From positions 480,001-512,000 of the forward strand of contig NZ_LN831024.1 of the NCBI RefSeq assembly GCF_001457615.1: a DNA stretch of 32,000 nucleotides. The letters run 5' to 3'. This DNA is from Pseudomonas aeruginosa. Lineage in GTDB: Bacteria > Pseudomonadota > Gammaproteobacteria > Pseudomonadales > Pseudomonadaceae. Each line of letters begins with the position of its first letter. Within the stretch, counting starts at the first letter, position 1. Below are positions 11,078 to 20,293 of the stretch, piece after piece. The translations under genes and the position numbers were made by a program. The notes beneath the pieces were generated by a model. It did no database searches, was not told the DNA's origin, and worked only from the letters and a program-made list of their open reading frames with translations.

Positions 11078-12301
11078 TCAGATCACCTTGCCGTCGCGCA
11101 GCCTTTCCAGCGCGGCCGCGTCCAGGCCGAGGAGCGTCTCGAGGACCTCGTCGGTGTGCTGGCCGAGGGTGGGCGGCGGGTTGCGGTATTCCACCGGCGT
11201 CTCGGACAGGCGGATCGGGCTGGCTACCTGCGGCACCGTCCCGGCCAGCGGGTGCGGTAGCTCCACGCGCAGGCCGCGGGCCTGCACCTGCGGGTCGGCG
11301 AACACCTGCGCCAGGTCGTTGATCGGCCCGCAGGGCACGCCGGCGCGCTCCAGGGAAAGAATCCACTCGGCGGTGGTGTGCAGCACCGTGGCCTGGCGGA
11401 TCAGCGGGATCAGCACCTCGCGGTTGGCCACCCGCGCCTTGTTGGTGGCGAAGCGCGGGTCGTCGGCCCATTCCGGGTGGTCTGCCAGCTCGGCGAACTT
11501 GCGGAACTGGCTGTCGTTGCCGACCGTGAGGATCATGTCGCCGTCGGCGGTGGGGAAGTCCTGGTACGGCACGATGTTCGGGTGTGCGTTGCCCAGGCGC
11601 CGCGGCGGCACGCCGGTGGTCAGGTAGTTGAGGGTCTGGTTGGCCAGGCAGGCGACCTGCACGTCGAGCAGGGCCATGTCGATGTGCTGGCCGATGCCGC
11701 TGACGTCGCGGTGGGCGAGGGCGGCGAGCACCGCGGTGGAGGAGTACAGCCCGGTGAGGATATCGGTCAGCGCCACGCCGACCTTCACCGGACCGGCGCC
11801 TTCCTCGTTGTCGGCGCGCCCGGTGAGGCTCATCAGGCCGCCCAGGCCCTGGATCATGAAGTCATAGCCGGCGCGCTTGGCATAGGGGCCGGACTGGCCG
11901 AAGCCGGTGATCGAACAGTAGATCAGCTTCGGGTTGACCTGCTTCAGCGATTCATAGTCGAGGCCATAGGCCTTGAGCCCGCCGACCTTGAAGTTCTCCA
12001 GCAGGATGTCGGCCTTGGCCGCCAGTTCGCGAACGATGCGCTGGCCTTCCGGCTGGGTGAAGTCCACCGTCACCGACTTCTTGTTGCGGTTGGCCGACAG
12101 GTAGTAGGCCGCCTCGCTGGTGTCGTTGCCTTCGGCATCCTTGAGGAACGGCGGGCCCCAGGCGCGGGTGTCGTCGCCGCTGCCGGGGCGCTCGATCTTG
12201 ATCACCTCGGCGCCGAGGTCGGCGAGGATCTGCCCGGCCCAGGGGCCGGCCAGGACACGGGACAGGTCGAGTACGCGGATATGGGAAAGGGCGCCGGGCA
12301 T
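11078..12301 (-). CDS. CaiB/BaiF family (type III) CoA-transferase, probable glutarate/dicarboxylate CoA-transferase
   Basis: 407 aa: 'MPGALSHIRVLDLSRVLAGPWAGQILADLGAEVIKIERPGSGDDTR...GPPFLKD', 'KKSVTVDFTQPEGQ', 'NPKLIYCSITGFGQSGP', 'HIDMALLD'. Substrate inferred from neighbouring gcdH. Confidence 0.92.
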   Translation of the reverse strand: MPGALSHIRVLDLSRVLAGPWAGQILADLGAEVIKIERPGSGDDTRAWGPPFLKDAEGNDTSEAAYYLSANRNKKSVTVDFTQPEGQRIVRELAAKADILLENFKVGGLKAYGLDYESLKQVNPKLIYCSITGFGQSGPYAKRAGYDFMIQGLGGLMSLTGRADNEEGAGPVKVGVALTDILTGLYSSTAVLAALAHRDVSGIGQHIDMALLDVQVACLANQTLNYLTTGVPPRRLGNAHPNIVPYQDFPTADGDMILTVGNDSQFRKFAELADHPEWADDPRFATNKARVANREVLIPLIRQATVLHTTAEWILSLERAGVPCGPINDLAQVFADPQVQARGLRVELPHPLAGTVPQVASPIRLSETPVEYRNPPPTLGQHTDEVLETLLGLDAAALERLRDGKVI

Positions 12302-12420
12302 GACGGTTCTCGCTGCTGGGGGCTGGAAACGGAAATGGCCGGGAAGACGGGTTCCTTGCCCGTCTCCCCGGCGGCCGGCGCGCTACCGTGAAAAAGCGCG
12401 CCGGGGTGTTGCTCGGTGGC

Positions 12421-13602
12421 TCAGAAGAATGCCTGGATGCCGGTCTGCGCGCGGCCGAGGATCAGCGCGTGGACATCGTGGGTGCCCTCGTAGGTGTTCA
12501 CCACTTCCAGGTTGACCAGGTGGCGGGCGATGCCGAATTCGTCGGAGATGCCGTTGCCGCCCAGCATGTCGCGGGCCAGGCGGGCGATGTCGAGGGCCTT
12601 GCCGCAGCTGTTGCGCTTCATGATCGAGGTGATTTCCACCGCCGCGGTGCCTTCGTCCTTCATCCGCCCCAGGCGCAGGCAGCCTTGCAGGGCCAGGGTG
12701 ATCTCGGTCTGCATGTCGGCCAGCTTCTTCTGGATCAGTTGGTTGGCGGCCAGCGGGCGGCCGAACTGCTGGCGGTCGAGCACGTACTGGCGGGCGGTGT
12801 GCCAGCAGAATTCGGCGGCGCCCAGGGCGCCCCAGGAGATCCCGTAGCGCGCCGAGTTCAGGCAGGTGAACGGACCGCGCAGGCCGCGCACTTCGGGGAA
12901 GGCGTTCTCTTCCGGAACGAACACGTTGTCCATCACGATCTCGCCGGTGATCGAGGCACGCAGGCCGACCTTGCCATGGATCGCCGGGGCGCTCAGACCT
13001 TCCCAGCCCTTCTCGAGGACGAAGCCGCGGATCTGCCCTTCGTCATCCTTGGCCCAGACCACGAAGACGTCGGCGATCGGGCTGTTGGTGATCCACATCT
13101 TGCTGCCGCTCAGGCGATAGCCGCCGTCGACCTTCTTCGCCCGGGTGACCATCGAGCCCGGGTCGGAACCGTGGTTCGGCTCGGTCAGGCCGAAGCAGCC
13201 GATGTATTCGCCGCTGGCCAGCTTGGGCAGGTACTTCTGCCGGGTGGCTTCGTTGCCGAATTCATGGATCGGCACCATCACCAGCGAGGACTGCACGCTC
13301 ATCATCGAGCGATAGCCGGAGTCGACGCGCTCGACTTCGCGAGCGATCAGGCCATAGCAGACGTAGTTGAGGCCGCTGCCGCCGTAGGCTTCGGGAATGG
13401 TCGCGCCGAGCAGGCCGGTCTCGCCCATCTCGCGGAAGATCTTCGGGTCGGTCTGTTCGTGGCGGAAGGCTTCGAGCACGCGCGGGGCCAGCTTGTCCTG
13501 GGCGAACTGCTGGGCGCTGTCGCGAACCATGCGCTCTTCTTCGGTGAGCTGCTGGTCCAGCAGCAGGGGATCTTCCCAGTTGAAGCTAGCTTTGGTGGCC
13601 AT
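12421..13602 (-). CDS. gcdH: Glutaryl-CoA dehydrogenase
   Basis: 393 aa acyl-CoA dehydrogenase with '[41 protein letters not shown]', '[15 protein letters not shown]', '[20 protein letters not shown]' and '[19 protein letters not shown]'. Confidence 0.95.
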   Translation of the reverse strand: MATKASFNWEDPLLLDQQLTEEERMVRDSAQQFAQDKLAPRVLEAFRHEQTDPKIFREMGETGLLGATIPEAYGGSGLNYVCYGLIAREVERVDSGYRSMMSVQSSLVMVPIHEFGNEATRQKYLPKLASGEYIGCFGLTEPNHGSDPGSMVTRAKKVDGGYRLSGSKMWITNSPIADVFVVWAKDDEGQIRGFVLEKGWEGLSAPAIHGKVGLRASITGEIVMDNVFVPEENAFPEVRGLRGPFTCLNSARYGISWGALGAAEFCWHTARQYVLDRQQFGRPLAANQLIQKKLADMQTEITLALQGCLRLGRMKDEGTAAVEITSIMKRNSCGKALDIARLARDMLGGNGISDEFGIARHLVNLEVVNTYEGTHDVHALILGRAQTGIQAFF

Positions 13603-13715
13603 GCGTACATCCTCGTCAAGCGGTAGCGGAGGCTGGCGTGGGCCAGCCGGAATGGAAGCATCCTAAGAGCCTAGCGAATGGGGCGGCAAACGAGGAATTC
13701 GCACGCACTTGTGCT

Positions 13716-13736
13716 ATTTTCTCACTCCGAGAAAAT
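13716..13736. promoter_or_regulatory. Candidate LysR-type operator (T-N11-A palindrome) in the gcdH/LysR divergent region
   Basis: ATTTTCTC actcc GAGAAAAT, perfect 8-bp arms. Inner T(CTCACTCCGAG)A fits the LysR T-N11-A rule. Confidence 0.55.
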
Positions 13737-13822
13737 GAGTCTCGTATTTCATGCCCTTGAAGAGGCGCGAGGAATCGTGACCTGGGCGTCATAGATGCGA
13801 AACCGGCACTCCGGAGTCCTCC

Positions 13823-14731
13823 ATGCGACGCAAGATCCCTTCCACCGCCGCGCTGGTCAGCTTCGAATCCGCCGCGCGCCACGAGAGCTTCACCAAGGCG
13901 GCGGAGGAGTTGTCCCTGACCCAGAGCGCGATCTGCCGGCAGATCGCCACGCTCGAGGAGTTCCTCGGTGTCGAGCTGTTCCGTCGCTCGCGGCGCGGGG
14001 TCAAGCTCACCGAGGCCGGGCTGTCCTATAGCCGGCGGGTGGCGGTACGCCTCGACGCGGTGGAGCGCGACACCCTGGCGGTGATGGGGCACCAGGGCGG
14101 CGGCGCGATCGAACTGGCGGTGGTGCCGACCTTCGGCACCCAATGGCTGTTGCCGCGGCTCAAGCGTTTCCAGCGGCTGCACCCGGAGGTCACGATCAAC
14201 CTGACCAACCGCACCCGCCCGTTCCTCTTCGCCGACACCGAGTTCGACGCCGCGCTGTACTTCGGCGACGCCGACTGGTCGGGTACCGTCTCGCATTTCC
14301 TGATGCGCGAGAATCCGGTGCCGGTGTGCAGCCCGGAGCTGCTGGGCGGGCGTCGAACGCTGAGCGCCGAGCAGGTCGCCGGGCTGCCGCTGATGCAGCA
14401 GAGCACCCGGCCCTACGCTTGGCGCCAGTGGTTTCACTCCCAGGGACTGAACGTCGCCCACGACATGAGCGGGCCGCGCTACGAGCTGTTCTCCATGCTT
14501 GCCCAGGCGGCCATGCACGGCATGGGCGTGGCCCTCATACCGCCCTTCCTGATCCAGGACGAGCTGGCCGACGGAAGGCTTATCGTGCCCATGCAACATG
14601 CCTATTTGAGCGAGAATGCGTATTACCTGATCATTCCCGAGCGCAGGGTCGAATCGGCGATGCTCAATGCCTTCCGCGACTGGCTGGTGGAAGAGGCCAG
14701 GCAGTACCGCGAGGCCAACGGGCTGGGCTGA
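13823..14731 (+). CDS. LysR-family transcriptional regulator, probable regulator of gcdH
   Basis: 302 aa with N-terminal HTH 'LVSFESAARHESFTKAAEELSLTQSAICRQIATLEEFLGVELFRRSRRGVKLTEAG'. Divergently transcribed from gcdH. Confidence 0.93.
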   Translation: MRRKIPSTAALVSFESAARHESFTKAAEELSLTQSAICRQIATLEEFLGVELFRRSRRGVKLTEAGLSYSRRVAVRLDAVERDTLAVMGHQGGGAIELAVVPTFGTQWLLPRLKRFQRLHPEVTINLTNRTRPFLFADTEFDAALYFGDADWSGTVSHFLMRENPVPVCSPELLGGRRTLSAEQVAGLPLMQQSTRPYAWRQWFHSQGLNVAHDMSGPRYELFSMLAQAAMHGMGVALIPPFLIQDELADGRLIVPMQHAYLSENAYYLIIPERRVESAMLNAFRDWLVEEARQYREANGLG

Positions 14732-14882
14732 ACGCGCAGGAACATCGGGTGGCGCAGGCAGGACGCGCCGCCCCGGGACCGGGCCGATCCGCCGGGTCCC
14801 GCGGAGCCGCGGCGGCGATACCGCCGGGCATCCTCCACGACGGCCAGGATGGCGGCCGTGGGGCACCACACCAGGAGTTCAC

Positions 14883-15287
14883 ATGAATTTCCACACCCGC
14901 AAGTGGGTCAAGCCAGAAGATCTCAACCCCAACGGCACCCTGTTCGGCGGCAGCCTGCTGCGCTGGATCGACGAAGAAGCGGCGATCTACGCGATCATCC
15001 AGCTGGGCAACCAGCGCGTGGTCACCAAGTACATTTCCGAGATCAACTTCGTCAGCTCGGCGCGCCAGGGCGACATCATCGAGCTGGGCATCACCGCCAC
15101 CGACTTCGGTCGTACCTCGCTGACCATGACCTGCCACGTGCGCAACAAGATCACCCGCAAGAGCATCCTCACCATCGACAAGATGGTCTTCGTCAACCTC
15201 GGCCCGGACGGCCTGCCGGCGCCCCACGGCAAGACCGAGATCACCTACATCAAGGACCAGTTCAAGGAAGACGAAGTCCTGCCCTGA
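14883..15287 (+). CDS. Acyl-CoA thioesterase, YciA-like hotdog fold
   Basis: 134 aa 'MNFHTRKWVKPEDLNPNGTLFGGSLLRWIDEEAAIYAIIQLGNQRVVTKYISEINFVSSARQGDIIELG'. ATG chosen at 14883 rather than the ORF-track 14667. Confidence 0.85.
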   Translation: MNFHTRKWVKPEDLNPNGTLFGGSLLRWIDEEAAIYAIIQLGNQRVVTKYISEINFVSSARQGDIIELGITATDFGRTSLTMTCHVRNKITRKSILTIDKMVFVNLGPDGLPAPHGKTEITYIKDQFKEDEVLP

Positions 15288-15299
15288 TCGGCGCGACGA

Positions 15300-15323
15300 G
15301 CGGCCGGCACCCGTGCCGGCCGC
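15300..15323. terminator. Candidate bidirectional hairpin between convergent thioesterase and Pit genes
   Basis: GCGGCCGGCAC cc GTGCCGGCCGC, perfect 11-nt arms (hairpin loop must open some inner pairs). Situated between stops at 15287 (+) and 15330 (-). Confidence 0.5.
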
Positions 15324-15329
15324 CGTGTT

Positions 15330-16952
15330 TCAGAACAGCCGGGTGAGCAGCCAGTAGAGCGAGGCCGAGAGCAGGATCGCCGCCGGCAGCGTCAGCACCC
15401 AGGCCATCAGCAGGTTGCGGATGGTCTTCCACTGTAGTCCCGAACCGTTCGCCGCCATGGTCCCGGCCACCCCGGAAGACAGTACATGGGTGGTGGATAC
15501 CGGCAAGCCATACAGGTCCGCCGCGCCAATGGTCAGCATCGCCACGGTTTCCGCCGAGGCGCCCTGGGCGTAGGTCAGGTGGGTCTTGCCGATCTTCTCG
15601 CCGACCGTCACCACGATGCGTTTCCAGCCGACCATGGTGCCCAGGCCGAGGGCGATGGCCACGGCGATCTTCACCCATAGCGGGATGAACTTGGTGGCGT
15701 CGTCGATCTTCCGCTTGAACGCCTGCAACTTGCCGCGGGTGTCGGCGTCGAAGCGGCCGACGTCGTCCTTGTCCATCAGGCGGATCGCCTCGGAGGTCAG
15801 GTACATGTCGTTGCGCACGTTGCCCATGGCTTGCGCCGGTACCCGCGAGAACGCGCCATAGCCTTTCACTTCCTGGCCGATCGAGCCGGTCAGGGCGGCC
15901 AGCGCCGGGATCAGCTCAGGCGATGCCTGCTTGCTGCGCACGTAGTCGGAGAGTACCTGGCGCGGATCGGCCGGCGCCGGTTGCGGCGCGCTCTTCACCA
16001 GCGCTTGCCGGGTGACCTCGGCGACGGCGGCGAACTGCACTGCCTGGTCCGCCGGCATGGTGCGGTTCAGGGCGTAGGCCATCGGCAGGGTGCCGACCAG
16101 GATCAGCATGATCAGGCCCATGCCTTTCTGCCCGTCGTTGGAGCCGTGGGCGAAGGACACCCCGGTACAGGTCAGGATCAGCAGGCCGCGGATCCACCAG
16201 GGCGGCGGCGCCTTGCCCTTCGGCGCCTTGTACAGCGCGCGGTTCTTCACCAGCAGGCGCAGCGCCAGGAGCAGCAGGGCGGCGCAGGCGAAGCCGATCA
16301 GCGGCGAGAGCAGCAGGGAATAGCCGACCTTGGTCGCCTGGCCCCAGTCCACCCCGCTGGTGCCGTCGCGCCCGTGCATCAGCGCGTTGGCCACGCCGAC
16401 GCCGATGATCGAGCCGATCAGGGTGTGCGAGGACGACGCCGGCAGGCCCAGCCACCAGGTCCCGAGGTTCCACAGGATGGCGGCGATCAGCAGGGCGAAG
16501 ACCATGGCGAAGCCGGCCGAGGAACCGACCTGCAGGATCAGTTCCACCGGCAGCAGGGCGATGATGCCGAAGGCCACCGCGCCGCTGGAGAGCAATACGC
16601 CGAGAAAGTTGAAGCAACCCGACCAGACCACCGCGAAGTGCGGCGGCAGCGAGTGGGTGTAGATCACCGTGGCCACCGCGTTGGCAGTGTCGTGGAAGCC
16701 GTTGACGAACTCGAAGCCGAGGGCGATCAGCAGGGCCACGCCGAGCAGCAGGAAGGGCGTCCAGGTGGTGATCGCGGAACCGACGTCATCGACGTCCTGC
16801 ATCAGGCTGTAGGCGCTGAACAGCAGTCCGGTGGCGAGCACGGCGAAGAATACGAAGGCGGTGAGGCGGCCGGGGCGCTGCTCGAGATGGGGCTTGTGCG
16901 CGTTGCCGGCGGCACTGGCGACGGCGACGGCGGGAAGGACATCGGAGGTCAT
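15330..16952 (-). CDS. Pit-family inorganic phosphate transporter
   Basis: 540 aa from 'MTSDVLPAVAVASAAGNAH'. Contains duplicated Pit signatures 'GFEFVNGFHDTANAVATVIYTHSL' and 'FAHGSNDGQKGMGLIMLILVG', plus 'GLPVSTTHVLSSGVAGTM'. Confidence 0.93.
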   Translation of the reverse strand: MTSDVLPAVAVASAAGNAHKPHLEQRPGRLTAFVFFAVLATGLLFSAYSLMQDVDDVGSAITTWTPFLLLGVALLIALGFEFVNGFHDTANAVATVIYTHSLPPHFAVVWSGCFNFLGVLLSSGAVAFGIIALLPVELILQVGSSAGFAMVFALLIAAILWNLGTWWLGLPASSSHTLIGSIIGVGVANALMHGRDGTSGVDWGQATKVGYSLLLSPLIGFACAALLLLALRLLVKNRALYKAPKGKAPPPWWIRGLLILTCTGVSFAHGSNDGQKGMGLIMLILVGTLPMAYALNRTMPADQAVQFAAVAEVTRQALVKSAPQPAPADPRQVLSDYVRSKQASPELIPALAALTGSIGQEVKGYGAFSRVPAQAMGNVRNDMYLTSEAIRLMDKDDVGRFDADTRGKLQAFKRKIDDATKFIPLWVKIAVAIALGLGTMVGWKRIVVTVGEKIGKTHLTYAQGASAETVAMLTIGAADLYGLPVSTTHVLSSGVAGTMAANGSGLQWKTIRNLLMAWVLTLPAAILLSASLYWLLTRLF

Positions 16953-17331
16953 GGTGCGGGTCCGCGCTGGGGATGACCGGCACATGATGGGCAGGCGTTT
17001 GTGACAAGTTATGTCTTTCGCATACCGGCTTCGTCTGGCGAAGAAAGGACAAGGGCCGCGGGAGGCCGCCGGAAGCCGGATGGGGTCGGGCGCCAGGCGG
17101 CCTGCCCGCTGCGGCCGCGAAGATTAATGAATTCCTGTGGCGAGTGCCATCATTTCGTCGCTAAAAAGTTGGCATGTTGAGGGATTTGCCGATCCGGACA
17201 CGCGCGGGGAAGGCGAGAGCCACTGGACTAGACTGAGAAGTGCGCGGCGGGGCCGGTCGCTTGCCGGCCCGGTGCGCGGGACGAGCGCCTTCGTCCCGGG
17301 GTGGCCCGGCCGGGCGGTCGGGGAGGTCGAT

Positions 17332-18663
17332 ATGCGGATGCCGTGCCGGCTCGCGCTGGCGCTGTTGCTGTGCTTCGCCGGCCCGGCCTGTCTCGCGGCC
17401 TCCGGACCGGTACGGGTGCTCTCGGTGGATGGTGCGATCGGCCCGGCCAGCGCCGATTACCTGGTGCGCGGCATCGAGCGTGCCGCCGAGGACGGCGCGC
17501 AACTGGTGGTGCTGGAACTGGACACGCCCGGCGGCCTGGACGCATCGATGCGGCGCATCGTCAAGGCGATCCTCGCCAGCCAGGTGCCGGTCGCCGGTTT
17601 CGTCGCGCCCAGCGGGGCGCGGGCGGCGAGCGCCGGCACCTACATCCTGTATGCCTGCCATATCGCAGCGATGGCGCCGGGGACCAACCTCGGCGCCGCC
17701 ACCCCGGTGCGCCTGGGGACGCCGGACAAGCCCGCAGAGAAGCCCCCGGCGCGGGACGCCGAACCCATGGCGCGCAAGCAGGTCAACGACGCCGCCGCCT
17801 ATATCCGTGGCCTCGCGCAGTTGCGCGGGCGCAACGTCGAATGGGCCGAGCGCGCGGTGCGCGAGGCGGTCAGCCTGGCGGCGCACGAGGCGGCGGCGCA
17901 GAAGGTGATCGACCTGCAGGCCCGCGACCTGCCCGACCTGCTGCGCCAGCTCGACGGCCGCAGCCTGCGCGTCGGCGAGCGCGCGCTTACCCTGGCTACC
18001 GCCGGCGCCACGGTCGAGCGCCAGGCACCGGACTGGCGCGCGCGGTTGCTGGCGGTGCTCACCGATCCCAGCGTGGCGCTGATCCTGATGATGATCGGCA
18101 TCTACGGGCTGATCTTCGAACTGGCCAATCCCGGCATGGCGTTGCCCGGCGTGCTCGGCGGCATCTGCCTGCTGCTTGGCCTGTACGCCCTGCAGATGCT
18201 GCCGGTCAACTACGCCGGGCTGGCGCTGATCGCGCTGGGCCTGGCGTTCATGGTGGGCGAGGCGTTCGTCGCCAGCTTCGGCGTGCTCGGCATCGGCGGA
18301 ATCGTCTCGTTCGTGGTCGGCGCGCTGATCCTGATCGATACCGAGGTGCCCGGCTACGGCATTCCGCCCGGCCTGGTGGTGGCCCTGGCGTTGCTCAGCG
18401 CCGCGCTGATCGTCGGTCTGCTGGGCATGGCCCTGCGTACTCGCCGGCAAGCGGTGGTAAGTGGCACCGCCGGATTGGTCGGCAGCCTGGCGACGGTGGC
18501 GGCGGTGGATTCCGAACAACCCTGCGCAGGCTGGGTGCTGCTCCAGGGCGAGCGCTGGCGGGTGCTCGCCGCGCGGCCGCTGGCGGTGGGCCAGCCGGTC
18601 TGGGTGCTGGCGCGCAAGGGCCTGCTCCTGGAAGTCGCGCTGGCCGATGAAGGAGGTGGATGA
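17332..18663 (+). CDS. NfeD-family membrane protein with N-terminal ClpP-like serine protease domain
   Basis: 443 aa from '[22 protein letters not shown]' (signal peptide). '[71 protein letters not shown]', followed by transmembrane segments and an NfeD C-terminal domain. Confidence 0.9.
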   Translation: MRMPCRLALALLLCFAGPACLAASGPVRVLSVDGAIGPASADYLVRGIERAAEDGAQLVVLELDTPGGLDASMRRIVKAILASQVPVAGFVAPSGARAASAGTYILYACHIAAMAPGTNLGAATPVRLGTPDKPAEKPPARDAEPMARKQVNDAAAYIRGLAQLRGRNVEWAERAVREAVSLAAHEAAAQKVIDLQARDLPDLLRQLDGRSLRVGERALTLATAGATVERQAPDWRARLLAVLTDPSVALILMMIGIYGLIFELANPGMALPGVLGGICLLLGLYALQMLPVNYAGLALIALGLAFMVGEAFVASFGVLGIGGIVSFVVGALILIDTEVPGYGIPPGLVVALALLSAALIVGLLGMALRTRRQAVVSGTAGLVGSLATVAAVDSEQPCAGWVLLQGERWRVLAARPLAVGQPVWVLARKGLLLEVALADEGGG

Positions 18664-19454
18664 TGGGTATTTCCTATGGTTTGGCGATGTTGCTGGTGTT
18701 CCTCGCGCTGCTGCTGTTCAGCGCGCTGCGCATCCTCCGCGAGTACGAGCGCGGCGTGGTGTTCCAGCTCGGGCGGTTCTGGAAGGTCAAGGGGCCGGGG
18801 CTGGTGCTGGTGATCCCGGCGATCCAGCAGATGGTGCGCATCGACCTGCGCACCATCGTCCTCGACGTGCCGCCGCAGGATGTGATTTCCCGCGACAACG
18901 TTTCGGTGAAGGTCAACGCGGTGGTGTACTTCCGCGTGCTCGATCCGCAGAAGGCGATCATCCAGGTGGAGAACTACCTGGCCGCCACCAGCCAGTTGGC
19001 CCAGACCACCCTGCGCGCGGTGCTGGGCAAGCACGAGCTGGACGAGATGCTCGCCGAGCGCGAGCGCCTGAACCTGGATATCCAGCAAGTGCTCGATGCG
19101 CAGACCGACGCCTGGGGCATCAAGGTGGCGAATGTGGAAATCAAGCACGTCGATCTCAACGAATCGATGGTTCGCGCCATCGCCCGGCAGGCCGAGGCGG
19201 AGCGTGAGCGCAGGGCCAAGGTGATCCATGCCGAGGGCGAGCTGCAAGCCTCGGAGAAACTCATGCAGGCGGCGCAGATGCTCGGCCGGCAGAGTGGCGC
19301 CATGCAGTTGCGCTACATGCAGACCCTCGGCGCGATCGCCGGCGACAAGAGTTCGACCATCGTCTTCCCGATGCCGATCGAACTCTTCGGCGGCAAGTAC
19401 GCAGGTGCCGCGCCGCGGAACGAAAAGGCCGCCGGAGAGGAAGAGGAGAGGTGA
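18660..19454 (+). CDS. Stomatin/prohibitin homologue (SPFH, slipin family)
   Basis: 264 aa '[77 protein letters not shown]'. 4-bp overlap with the upstream NfeD gene. Confidence 0.95.
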   Translation: MMGISYGLAMLLVFLALLLFSALRILREYERGVVFQLGRFWKVKGPGLVLVIPAIQQMVRIDLRTIVLDVPPQDVISRDNVSVKVNAVVYFRVLDPQKAIIQVENYLAATSQLAQTTLRAVLGKHELDEMLAERERLNLDIQQVLDAQTDAWGIKVANVEIKHVDLNESMVRAIARQAEAERERRAKVIHAEGELQASEKLMQAAQMLGRQSGAMQLRYMQTLGAIAGDKSSTIVFPMPIELFGGKYAGAAPRNEKAAGEEEER

Positions 19455-19561
19455 ACGCGTGCGGTTTGTGATGGAAATATCATCGAGCCGCGACACGGGG
19501 ACATGCGTGCCCGGGGTCGGGATGGCTATGCTGTGGCGATCCACTCCCGGGACGCTCCTTC

Positions 19562-20293
19562 ATGCTGCGATGCGCACTCCTGCTGCTGACATTGCTCCTC
19601 CCTTGCGCGCTGCCTGCCGCCAACCTGCGCCTGGTCGGCGACTCCTGGCCGCCTTTCGTCGATTCGCGCCTGCCTGGCAACGGCCTGGCGGTGGAACTGG
19701 TGACCACCGCGCTCAAGCGCGCCGGCTTCGACTCGAGTTTCCAGCAGGTACCCTGGTCGCGTGCCCTGTATGGCGTGCGCAGCGGCGACTACGACATCGC
19801 CCTGAGCGCCTGGTACGAGCCCGCCCGCAGCCTCTACGGGCAGTTTTCCCGCGCCTACCTGAGCAACCGCATCCGCCTGCTGCAACGCAAGGGGCGGGGT
19901 ATCGAGTTTTCCCGCCTGAGCGACCTGCGTCCCTACCGCATCGCGGTCGTGCGCGACTATGCCTACGCGCCCGAATTCGACCGTGACAGCCGTCTGCAGA
20001 AGGTCAACGTGACCAGCTTCGCCAACGCCGCGCGGATGCTCGAGGCGGGGCGGGTCGACCTGGCGGTGGAGGACGAGCTGGCGCTGGGGGTCGCCTTCAA
20101 GGGCGAACTGGCCGATTTGCGCGACAAGCTGGAGGTACTGCCCATCCCGCTTGGCGAGAACGGCCTGCACCTGCTGGTGAGCCTGAGGAATCCCCGGCAT
20201 GACGAGATCGTCGACGGCTTCGACCTGGCCATCCGCGGCATGCGCGACGACGGCAGCTACCAGCGCCTGCTGGAGCGCTACGGCGCGCGCTAG
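19562..20293 (+). CDS. Periplasmic solute-binding protein family 3 (transporter substrate-binding domain)
   Basis: 243 aa with signal peptide 'MLRCALLLLTLLLPCALPAA'; 'LRLVGDSWPPFVDSRLPGNGLAVELVTTALKRAGFDSSFQQVPWSRALYGVRSGDYDIALSAWY'. Confidence 0.85.
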   Translation: MLRCALLLLTLLLPCALPAANLRLVGDSWPPFVDSRLPGNGLAVELVTTALKRAGFDSSFQQVPWSRALYGVRSGDYDIALSAWYEPARSLYGQFSRAYLSNRIRLLQRKGRGIEFSRLSDLRPYRIAVVRDYAYAPEFDRDSRLQKVNVTSFANAARMLEAGRVDLAVEDELALGVAFKGELADLRDKLEVLPIPLGENGLHLLVSLRNPRHDEIVDGFDLAIRGMRDDGSYQRLLERYGAR

